Origin: Ophelia neglecta
Lineage: Eukaryota
Direction of reading: 5' to 3'
Assembly (NCBI GenBank): GCA_965285935.1
Contig: OZ260663.1
Location: 67,456,001-67,520,000, forward strand
Length of the DNA: 64,000 nt
A program made the position numbers and the translations under genes. This document shows, one piece after another, positions 52,814 to 64,000 of this stretch. Numbering within the stretch: the first letter of the stretch is position 1; every line of letters starts with the position of its first letter. A model generated the notes under the pieces. The model did not search any database. It had not been told where the DNA came from and worked only from the letters and a program-made list of their open reading frames with translations.

Positions 52814-55800
52814 TTAAGGCAATAAAACATCTTTGGTATTCTTTTTTACAATCAAATATGCATGTTTTAATACTGGACGATGGTGGGGAAAGTTCTGGCA
52901 GTGAACACGATTTTCTTTCAGCAAATCGGCTTCTTTCTGTAGAAGTTCCTGTAAACACAAAAAAAAGCTCTCAAAATTTTATTGACAATGAGTATAACTG
53001 TAAATATTTTATTCTCTAGCCACATTTGTTCTATATAGCAATTTGGATACTGTCTCAGCTCAATCCTTGTGACATCTGGATTTGATATGGATTTGGAGCT
53101 GTAACTGATAATACTACATCTTAAGAGGTGACATTGGAACTAGGGATATGACTTCTATTAGCTCTCTGCTACTCTTCGTGGGAGAGAAATGCCATCCAGA
53201 TTACTGCTGCAAAAAGGCATTTCTTACTGTAGATCTATACACATTCCATTCTTTCTTTGTTTGAAAGGATAAATGATTGAGCTAATGTTAGTAAAAATCG
53301 GTTAATTTTGGCTGTCCATTAATTCAATATGACCCATATAGAGGTTCATTGAACAAATCTGAAAATGGCACTACTAAACTTGGCATGTTTAAGTTATGTG
53401 TTCCCGTTACCATGGCAACACTGACCAAATCCAATCAAGTAATATTAAGCGCCTATTTAAGGTTCAGCCTATGGCATTTTAAATTGTGTTCATTTCTAAA
53501 TGCTGTAGTGCAGGGGGGGACTCAACGGTTTTCTGGAAATGGAAAATATTGTTTGTGTGTTTAACATGTTAATGGACACCTGGGAACGTTGGTAACAAGT
53601 GAGTTCAAGAAGTTCAGGTCAATAGCTGTTGAACACTTATCCAATAACCTTTGTCCCCATTTCCCCAACCTTTGTTGACATTTTCAACACAATAAAATGA
53701 CTGCCCTTGGCTGCCATTTTGTTTTCCGATCAGGCTCAAAACCTTTTCAGCTCCTTGCAAGTGTCATTTGAAGTCTCACATGAAGTTATGAATTTATTCC
53801 CACAACAGTTTAAAACACTGAAGTTAAATAATCAATTTTCCCCCTCAGTGCTAAAACATAATTAATTCTTTGTTAATAAGACAAATATGCCCTACTGTAA
53901 CATGCACAAACAAGGCATTTAGAAAGCAAGCCCCCCACCAATTAAAAGGGATAGTAGATCTCCTAGTCACAAAATCACTCCTGGCAAAGTCCAAGTATGA
54001 GTGGGACTCAAACCAACCCCCCACCACCCCCCCTCACAATATATTATTTGATCAAAACACTGGGTTCGAATGAAATAATGATAAAAGCAAAAAAAAAAAA
54101 ATGACATAATTTTGCCAATTGCATTTCTTATTGCTATGGGAACTTATTATATTAAGGTTTCCGCTAAAAATTAATTAGTTCATGTTAAGCTCATAATGCT
54201 TCCTCAATTTCAGCCATGTACATGTACCTCTAAAAATTTGCGCAATCTTGTAAACAAGCTTTGGTCACAATAGTGTTTCGGAGAAAGTAGTACAGGCACT
54301 AAGGAACATGTGGAATACAGTAACTGTGTGCCTAACAGTTGCGGAGTTATAACCAAAACAAATGGTGGCATTGCAAAACATATCCCCCTACTTTTTTTTT
54401 CAAAAAACGGTTTTAAGGAAAGTTTTTAAATACCTCTATCCTCAGTAAATAGTCACAAATAAGAGATGAATATGAATCCTGAGAAGAGGCACACTGGGCT
54501 GCTGGTTGTTGTGGCTGATGAGATAGTAAAGAGTTCTTTGGCGTGGGCAATGACAGTTTGTCTCCACTTGACCGAGGGGAAGTGGATTCATGCCCTGATT
54601 GCCTTTCCTTCGTATGATGCTCATTTGAAGATTCGTTTGTGCTTTTTTCTCCTGTGGCACAACTACTTGTTGTTAAAGAGTCTTTACAAATGAAATTGCC
54701 TTTACCTACGGTTCCTCTCATCATTCGCAAAGGAGGTTTTTTCACAAAAAACCTGTGAGGTTTCAGAGTGTGTTTCTTTGCAACACAGTGAGTCTCATTG
54801 TTCAAGTCCATCATTTCTCCCATTTGATCACAACCATATTCTTTTGCTGAATGTTCATTTTGATCATGAAGAGTATTTTGATCAGTAACGCGTGGATTGT
54901 TTGTCATTATATCCCCATTTTTACTATTGTCTGTTCCCTTTCCCTTGTTCCCAGTTAGAGATTCAGTAGAAGGAACAGGAACATCTATACTGGTAAGTTC
55001 AATCACATCTTGATCAACTTCTTGTACAGCTGGTGCTGCACCTGCTAAACTTTTTTGACTTTTGTCACAAACATGCACTGAGCCTGCTGTAGAGCTCCCA
55101 ATTTTATGACTTGATTCCAAAACGTTGGCAGAATCTGCTGGCGATACAATTTCCTCAATATGTTCACCTTCTTCAACACAAGACACTAAAGCAGATGTTT
55201 CCAGAGCAGTATCTGTATATAGTTTATGTTTCCCTTTCCTCGTAGGTTTGTTTATTGCTGGCTTCTTGTACATTACTTTAGGGTCATATCTGGTTTTCTT
55301 TTTTGGACCTGTACTTTCATTCAAAGAAGTCCTTTTACTAGCCCTTACAGCTTGTTTAGTTGGTGATACTGGGCACTGTAAAGTTTTTCTTGTTCTTAAA
55401 CACATTCTTGTTTTTTCCTCATTAGCCTCAGTATCCACAGTTTCTTCTTTGCCCTTCCTAGACTTTCTTCTTTTGACCGGTGTACTTTCAATATCTGACA
55501 CTGGAAGAATAAGGCCATCTTCTTGTATAATATTCTGTGTGGTCACTGCATCTGCTGATGTTTTAGACACATTATGACTTTTCTCGGAACATTGTTTGCT
55601 TCCTGCTTCTAACAGATCAACACCAGTCCGGGTCAAACTGATTTCTTTTCTAGCAACACTTTTTTTCATTTCAGGAACAGTATTGCAGGCAGGGGGGCAC
55701 ATGGGCTGTGTGGTGGCCTGTTTTCCTGTAACACAGTTCCAGTTATCCATTAGTGAGAAGCTAACATCTTTAGCCATGTTGTCTGTAGTGTTAGTAGATG

Positions 55801-58800
55801 GTTTAAGTGTACACTTTTCACCAGTATCTCCATCATAAGCCACACTTACAGAGGAGGGCAGTACATTGCCACTGTCCATTGTAGATATGTGACTTAGTCT
55901 TCTCAGTCTTTCAGTCTCATTTCTTTCTGATACATTAATTGCATCAGATAAATCATGTGATAATGACACTCTCAGTTCCTCTAGCCTCTGCTTCTCTTTT
56001 GCCTCTTGGACAGCAATATTAGACGCCTTCAGCAAGGGTCTTGCGATACATTCTGCTGTGGTATTTTGTTTTTGCTTAATCTGAGATTCATGCTCATCAG
56101 CAACCACAGATTTGTTGTGGCTATCAAATTGTATGTTACCTCCCTTCTCCAACATTTCTGATACAGTTTTATCTTCATTAGGAGACTCTGTTTCCAGTAT
56201 GGGTTTCAGTGGAGACATTGGAAAGTCGGGTACAGAGATTTGGGAGTTGGTGATATGATCTAGCTGTGTGGACTGTCTATGCTCGCATGAGCTGTCAACT
56301 GGTGTGTCTGTTTCACTGCATCTTGGCTGCTGGAAGATAGGATTACTGATTACTAACTCCGACTGAATGCCTGCACTCGTCACCCCAAGCTGAAAAAGAC
56401 AAGAAAAAATTCACTTTTAACTAACATTTACATATTTATTGGAAGGTTCTTCAGGAGAATAAAAAACAAGGTTTAAGAGTCATTTCCTTCAATGAATTAT
56501 GGAAGTGCACGGACACACTTTTTCATAAAAATGCAAGCCTAATTTTAATATACTGGTAAATCAACTTGATTAAATAAATCTACCTTTTAATGTAATGAAA
56601 AAATGAATATTGAGTAAATTTATTTGTAACACAACTTATTTTCCTTGTCTTTACCTCTTGGTCATTGGAGTCAGAGGAGTCAATTCTCTGGCCATCTTCA
56701 TCATCAGCATTCTCTCTAGGAGCCATTCTAGGAACCCTGATCAGTTTATCAGTATTTTGTAGACAAGGTGAATGTACATGAGGTGTTTCCAACTGATGCT
56801 GGGTGCTTTCCCTCTCTGTGTCATTCACAGCATCAGGCTGTGTTTCAGAGCCCATAGCCAGCGAATCACCAACCTGGCAGGAGACACTGAGACATTGGCG
56901 CTTGCCAGCCTGGACTTGGCTCTCCAAACATAGCATGTCTAAAGAATCCCCAACTTGGACATCTACATTGTGTGTTTTCACATTTTCATCATCAGAATTT
57001 TTTGGTAATTCAATGGGTGACTGCTCTGATTGTGGAACCGTCTTAGATGATTTACTTCCATAATTTAAAGAAGACTTTCCTTTGTTACTCTCAGTGGCAC
57101 AATCTTCCTCCTGAGTAATTATGTTTTGATATACATCTGCCACATTTGCATTTGGTGGTTTTTGTCTTTTCTCTTGATGATTTGTTGTATTCCATTCTGC
57201 AATTAATATATTGAATGTAACTTTATTCTTATGAAAATAATAAACTATTCATTTATAAATCAGAGAAAGCCTACATTTGCCATGGAATCTGGGAGGAGCA
57301 CAGCAGTTCAGCAAAGAGGAAATGCTTAAAGGTCAATATTTTCAGCAATGATCGCATGATGCATATGCAAAGCCCATCATTGAAACTGGTGTGAAGCAGC
57401 TTTACTATTAAACGATATTCAATAAAAGCCTTAACATTTGCGAGTCCATTATTTTGCGAATTTCGCAAGCATGGTGAAAACCGCAAAATTAAAAGGCTCA
57501 TGAAAATTTAAGGGCCTGCAAAAAAACTCTTGTTTGAAACTTTAAAATGGAGAATTAAAGGCCGGCAAAATAAGTTGTGTATTACAACTGCAAACATTAA
57601 GAGCCAATATAAGAGTTTGACTTTAAGAGTGGCAGCATCCTTGGATTAACAAAGTAAGACTGAAAAAGATCTCTTTGTGTCTGCCTATAGAGAAAAACAT
57701 ATGTCCAAATGACTATTCACAGACCTGGTATTGCATTAGTAAGTTCTTTTTCAAGGGTCGATGTAATGAAACTTGACAGGATCAGTTTTGTAGAGGGAAT
57801 GTGCGTGCCTGCTTCCCATGAGAGTGTTCTTATGCCATCTTCTGTATGAACATTGGATCTGTCTGTAAATACATAAAGCACACACTATTTTAATTTGTGA
57901 GCCAGTTGTTAGTAATACTGGAATGCTGGTAATGTTTGCACATTATTCATCGTGCAGTTTCTTTGGGTTTCTTCAGTTCCCTTGGGTGCTGTTTTGTGTT
58001 GAACAAGTGTATATCTAATGGTACATCATAACATGCGGGCAAACCTCTAAGGGATAGTCTATATTTCTGCCCATTGGGTAGAAAGAATTAATTAACTTAT
58101 ATTATATATGATATTGAAAATGGCGCTAAATTAGCAGACAATGCCACTGATAAAGCTACAAAAATTTGTTCTAAATGGCGGGGATGAGTGTTACTGGCGA
58201 GAGCCCCCCTCCCCCCATATTCCATTACTTGTTAACAAGTGTAATTTTAAAATGAATGGACAGAAATTCCAACACCAAATTCCATGAAATGTCCAAACAT
58301 TTTTGTCTGAACCCACCACCCCACTTACTACTTACACCCTGAAATACAATTCACTTTTTTAAATTTTTTCTTCAGAACTGCCCTTGATTAATATGATAAA
58401 GTTCAAATTTGACAAACACCATTAGAACCACATTGCATAACTTGGTTAGCAGAAAATCTTAGTTTTTTATTGCATTGCTAGAATAACCAAAAAGATGCAT
58501 AATGATTACCGCATTATAGCTAATTCACGTTTAAGGCAGCCATGCTTCAGCCTTGACATATGCAGCCTTCAAGCTATAATGCTTTAGGCAGAAACTTGTA
58601 ACACCAAGGGCTCTAGGATACTGATTTGGCCCTGGCTGGTGTGCCAACACAACTTCCCGGGTTTCAACTGTTAAACTTTTTTTAGTGTTTTGCAGAATAC
58701 CTCAGAAATGGGGAAATGGAACAGGGGCCACTCCATTTCACCAAATGTGTTTCTTCAAAAAAAAAAGGGGGGGGGGTGCAAAAATCTATTCCACAAACCT

Positions 58801-61800
58801 TGTATTGAATCCTGATGCTCATTTTCAAGTTCTGGGGTAATAAAATTGGAAAGGGCCAATCTAGTGGAAGGAATAGAAAGGATGGGCTTCCAGCCACATG
58901 TCCTTAAGCCTTCATCAACTTCGGATTCTGCAGGAGAACTCGGTCTTCCTGCAAGTACATCTGCAAATGTCAATAGTAAAATAACTATAAATATTCTTTT
59001 AATTAAAAAAAAAAACTTGAGTGTGAAAATTTCATACTTAGGATTTGTATTCTCATCAACAAACCTTTTTGAAGATTGCTAGTACTAGCTCTCTTATCAT
59101 AGTTGTTTTTGTCCTTTTTTTGAGACATTTTGCGGCCTTGAAATGTCTGACTTTCTTTTAGCTGTAAATCCTCTGGTGTATTGGGATGATCTGATGTCAG
59201 CTCAATGGATTGCTCTAAATCCTTTAGCTGGGACAAATTGTAGCTTTGTGATGACTGATCCCCTGAAAGTGCTAACTTCTCTAATATTGATAAATTGTGG
59301 CTTTCAGATGTCTGTTCAATTGTATTGTGGCTTTCTCCTGTTTCAAGGTGATCAGAATCTACAGCGTCATAGGTGTCCTGATTCTGAATAGATGCAATCT
59401 CACCGATTCTGTCTCTGAAAGCAGAAGCAATGCGAACCTTAAATGATGGCTATCAGATTCAGATTCAGATTCAGATGTATTTATTGGACCATAGCAAAAT
59501 GAAAATGTCAAATGATTAATGGTAAGTTGAAATTATAATTATGGTCATGGAGACCCTCACTAAGATGAATATGAATCAATTTTGAGGTAATCACTAGCAT
59601 GGGAGCCACCTTAATATAACACTGAATGTATATATGGGTACTGGAAATAACAAAATACATACAAAATATTTGTTTAATAATGAGTTGTGGATAATAATTT
59701 AAATAAATTCGCATGCACACATCACACCAACCTATTAAATCAAAATTTATAATAATATACCACACAAGTAGACATAAGATTATCTGTGTTACAAGTCATC
59801 CTCCCCTTCGCCGGAGGAAGGATAAGCCGGAGACACAAGGCAAAAGAAACAAAATATATATATATAAAACACATCAAACAAGAAATGCAAATAATTGCTA
59901 GATGCATGGTTGCAGAAGTGATTAATGTACCACAGTAACATTAGCAATCCACATCAGAAGTGATAAATACAGTACAATACAATATAGTAACATTGGTAAT
60001 CCGTAGCCCATATCTCTCCGATCACCCTCAGCCTAAGGTTTAGAATGACCGGAGAAACACAAACCACAGCCCACTTTGCCAGATTTCTGACAAAGAATAC
60101 ACCAGAGGAAGGACAAGCCAGAGATACAAGGCAATAGGAAAAAAAATATACATATAACACATCAAACAAGAAATGCAAATAATTGCTAGACGCACGGATG
60201 CAGAAGTGATTAATGTACCACAATAACATTAGCAATCCACATCAGAAGTTATAAATACAATGTAATATAATATAGTAACATTGGTAATCCGTAGCCCATA
60301 TCACTCTGATCACCCCCAGCCTAAGGTTGAGAATGACTGGAGAAACACAAACCACAGACCACTTCGCACATTTTTGCACAAATTTTTATGAAAGATAATA
60401 ATTTTGCAGCAAGATTTAAAATTATTTGATCTCCGCTGTAAATAATGTTTTACAATCATAATGAAATTCAGGGAAAGTAATCCTTTTTATAAAACATTTC
60501 TAACTAAACTGCAAGCAATTCGTGAACCAGTATAAAAGATAGTTACGGTTTTATCAGTTTCAAATTAGCAGCAGATAATTCTTGTACCTTGGGATGGTCC
60601 ATTCTGTAAAATAAAACAATTGAAGCCATTACCAGTATAAACATACATTATTTGAATATTCATGGCTTAAGCTGAAAAGGTTTGAAACAATCACTACCTC
60701 TACTAAATAAGAGGACATAATGTCCAAGGGAATATGAAATTATTATTGATAAAATATAAACTGTATAAATATGTGCCTTCTAACAAAATGTTCACATGTC
60801 ATTTGTGTAAATGTTGGCCATGAATCCTAAATAAGTCTATCAATCCACACAGCATTGAAACTTACAGGCCTAAACAATATATGTTATGCATGCTAAACAG
60901 CTTCTGTGGGTCAAGGGTTTTCAAAATTATAGTCATTTAAAAGGAGCTAGCATACATGTAGATGCAGGCCCAAGCCCAAATATATATCTCTCCCCATGAT
61001 TTATTTTCTTCCAATACTGTGGGGGCAAACAATATCACTTGCTAAGTATAGAGAATTATTTTTGCATGCAATTTGACTTTTATGTAAGGTGGAACAGGAG
61101 CTTCTGGCCTATCATTTATGAAATAATCTAAACTACATGTATACTCACATAAATTCAATATCATTTTTGTGGTGAAATCCATGCTCAAGAAAAACAAGTT
61201 CAAATTCCTCAATGATTAGTTGAAACTCACACCAATGCTGCATTGAAAAAACATTTAGTAATTTTATTGGACTGAACATTAGATATTGCATAAACTTATA
61301 TAACTGGTAATACTACATCAATGCAAACCCCAAATTTTTGTCTAAAAAAGTGATCAATTATACCAAACATTCTTGATAATATAATGAAACAAAGTCTTAC
61401 AATCAGTTCAATGTTTATAGCATGGAATGAAGGATACTACCATATCATTACACCAGTATATATATTATTGTAATCTTACCAAATCTGGAAAATGCACAAA
61501 GTGTGAAAAGTATTTGTTTAAAAGCAATCTGGAACGGTTCCAATCAGGAAGACTGCACTCTGCAAACCTATAAAAATGATCAATTTGGATTTGAATGAAA
61601 ACACAAAATAGAAGTTCAATATACTGTAATTCCTCTTATATTTAACAACTAATATAATTATAATTCCAGCACTATGAATAATTAGAGACAAACCAAAATT
61701 ATTACTACTTGGATTGGTACTATTTTTTCAAAGTCTCCATGAGAGGTTACCATGTTGAAGTACTTGTAATGGGAGGATTTAATTTTTTTTAAATTATGAG

Positions 61801-62953
61801 AAACTGGAGTGTATCAATTACTTAAGTGTGTATGTATAAGTAGAGGAATTATGATATACATGTTTTGGGATATGTGCCTTATGTGGCTGTTTCTGTTCAT
61901 GGGAAGGAGTATCCCCTGGTCAGATAAGCAGGTGAATTGACTGAGCAGAAGGGTGGATCCTCTGGTCAAATAAACAGGTTCATTGGATTGGTAGAAGGGT
62001 GGATCCTCAGATAAACAAATTTTGATGAATGTAAGGATATTAACAAATCTGGATGAATGCGACATCAGATTTTTTTATTGGTATCTATTAGACTAGTACA
62101 GTGAAACCTGTCTAATCAAAAAAACGGACCATATTATGGTTAATATGCAGGTCATTTAAAAGACGTAAAGAGGATTTGGCTCTCATTTAGTGGCCTTAGT
62201 GGGCAAGTGACCTTATTACACAGGTGACCACAAGAATAGATGTCACTGTGGTACTTTTATCACTGCTCTGGTGAAGGCTGACCAGACTGACTTAAAAATA
62301 GGTGTTGGGGTACTATCTTTTGCATTCTCCCTTTAATTGGAACTACTTTCATTAGTGTGCATGATTCCTGAGGTTATCATATTTTAGTTTAAAATATGTA
62401 TGATGGTATGTGTTTGCACCGATCAACCTTATTAACTTTCTGTATCTATAATTACATATTTGTGAATTTTAGCAGAGCATTTGGAGTGAACACCCCTCGA
62501 ATCCATGTCTTTCCATCTGTCACTTGCTTTATAACATTCCCATCCTTGACATCCATATGCTGCAATGAAATTAAAATTGTTGAAATGTTGATTTTTCATT
62601 TCATCTATGAGTTGGACTATATTTAGACACGGAATCTAAACTTATTTATAGCTAGTATTCACAGGAAAAAAAACTAACATCTTGGGCACTTGGGGACAAA
62701 AAATATTGTAGGGTAGAGTTCAAAAGAGCAGGCCTATAAAAATTAAAGCATAAACATAAATTATCCCACTAACCTTTAGCACATTAACAGCTCGGGGCAG
62801 ACTCTTCAAACTTTGGGGATTCTCCTGACAATGTTGCTGTTTTCCTTTCTCTTTTCCACCATCACTTTTATCATTACTGATATGTTGAAAAGTGACAAGG
62901 TAGTCAACCAACCAATGTTTTGGGCCAAAAACATTACATGTCTTCTTTGACAT
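52814..62953 (-). CDS. ACD: Putative TPP1/ACD-like shelterin protein: N-terminal OB fold plus very long low-complexity region, ~1266 aa
   Basis: Exons 62953-62774, 62559-62456, 61567-61480, 61237-61149, 60603-60547, 59414-59065, 58960-58799, 57862-57725, 57196-56655, 56389-54434, 52948-52814 join in frame (3801 nt). The N-terminal series KHWLVDYL / VTDGKTWIRGVFTPNAL / RLLLNKY / EFQLIIEEFEL / DHPKVQEL follows the order of TPP1 OB motifs (RPWIRELIL / VSDGTHSVRCLVTREAL / RLLLLQD / EFYLQVDRFSL / DVQKKL, recalled). The gene structure is more certain than the symbol. Confidence 0.7.
59455..60380 (-). repeat. Retroelement 3' remnant with (TCTGAA)n tail and a ~290-bp internal tandem duplication
   Basis: Reverse complement aataaatacatctgaatctgaatctgaatctga at 59455-59486; 59811-60100 is repeated at 60101-60380. 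Confidence 0.75.
62099..62248. mobile_element. Tc1/mariner(pogo)-type MITE
   Basis: TA|cagtgaaacctg ... atgtcactg; same terminal type as 4069-4225. Confidence 0.6.
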
Positions 62954-63825
62954 GGTCACTTGAACTGTTTTGAAGTAGTATGTTAACCTGAAAAAAGCAA
63001 TAATGTTCTGGTCATTACACAAGCCATTGAATCTAGAACATAGTATATAAGAGTTCATACTGGCAAATTGTTAGTAAACACAGAATTTTCTAGTGCACCT
63101 ATGCTAAGCATTTGGAGACCAACCAGGTGTTGTTGCACACAAATTGCAGAATTTTAAACTAAACGAAGTTTTAAATGCAACGATAAATTACTGACAAGGC
63201 CTCGCTTCCTCATGCAGAAACTTATTGCGATGTTTTTTTTCCGTAGTTTTGTTCATACAGTGAAGGCCCGAATCCATAATAATGCACTTTACCAGTCACT
63301 AACATTTTCTCATTACAGTATATAAATTATGTAAGTACTAACACTACCAGAACCTATTTTTTTATCCTCTCCTCTTATATCCACCTTCCAATGGTCACCA
63401 TCTGCATATCGTGACCCCCCCCCCCCCTCCCCCCTTCCCCCAATCTACCCTATCTCATTTCCTCACCAACCGCCAGCCCTCATTATCCAATGTATCTATC
63501 ATTACAGGTCTATCTAATAAAATACTATATCCTCAATGTAATTGAAGGTTAGAAGAAGGGTACTGTGAAACCCTTTAGCGTTCATTGTTTTGGCATTAAT
63601 TGCCTGCCCTTAACTTTTGCATTCTACAGGCCTTTAGTTGGCCTTAATTCTTGCGAGCACTTTGATTTCATGGGTCTTGACCCTACTCGGTCACACAAGT
63701 TTTACAGTAGATTTCTATCAAGAACAAAATACTAATTGGCCATTGTGCATAGAAAAGCAATGTTTAAAATGCTCTCTTTCAAACTATGGAGGAGTGCTCT
63801 CTGTTGTAAACTGGAAATGTTTGTG

Positions 63826-64000
63826 TTTTAACGTCCCTTTCAACACTTGAGAGGTCATATCGGGACAGGGAGTCTCTTGGAAAGATGAGGCGAAGGTCTG
63901 ATGAATCACTCCCCCGACACAAGGTTAGGTTGAAAACAGCCCTCTCAAGCTGGGTTCGAACTCAGACCTTGGAGGTCGGAGGTCCAGCACGCTACCACTG
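63826..64000 (-). mobile_element. tRNA-derived SINE, running off the window end
   Basis: Minus strand: cagtggta (A-box), gagttcgaaccc (B-box), then body and tail gatatgacc..tgttgaaagggacgttaaaac. Confidence 0.8.

Noticed and set aside
53406-53419. Perfect RFX X-box GTTACCATGGCAAC
   Set aside because: Lies in a last intron within repeat-like sequence, far from any promoter; probably part of an interspersed repeat.
55125-55838. Hydrophobic + strand ORFs resembling membrane proteins
   Set aside because: Antisense shadows of the Lys/Glu-rich giant exon; ORFs at 772-1122 and 42703-43074 are likewise antisense to real exons.
63950-64000. tRNA gene
   Set aside because: A and B boxes are present, but the anticodon stem is poor and it continues into a SINE body and tail.

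Overview
AT-rich, intron-rich animal DNA, probably a lophotrochozoan such as a mollusc (inferred from SINE tails and repeat types); it is not prokaryotic. Manual GT-AG splicing with frame checks gives six protein-coding genes: a small ankyrin-repeat protein (-), cytosolic carboxypeptidase 5 AGBL5 (+, ~1250 aa), aminopeptidase NPEPL1 (-, 522 aa), gigaxonin GAN (+, 636 aa, head-to-head with NPEPL1), a tan-like peptidase C45 Ntn-hydrolase (+, 5' exon not found), and a ~1266-aa protein (-). The last has an N-terminus that reads as a TPP1/ACD (Est3-type) telomere OB fold, followed by two exon-duplicated copies of a motif resembling the POT1-binding motif; this is the best novelty candidate. Mobile elements include a hAT MITE (8-bp TSD), a Mutator-like element (9-bp TSD) with a nested palindrome carrying five CTCF-like motifs, a gypsy relic, LINE relics, tRNA-derived SINEs and Tc1/pogo MITEs. 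Two genes have tandem duplications that create decoy splice acceptors. All homologue comparisons are from memory; no alignments or searches were run.
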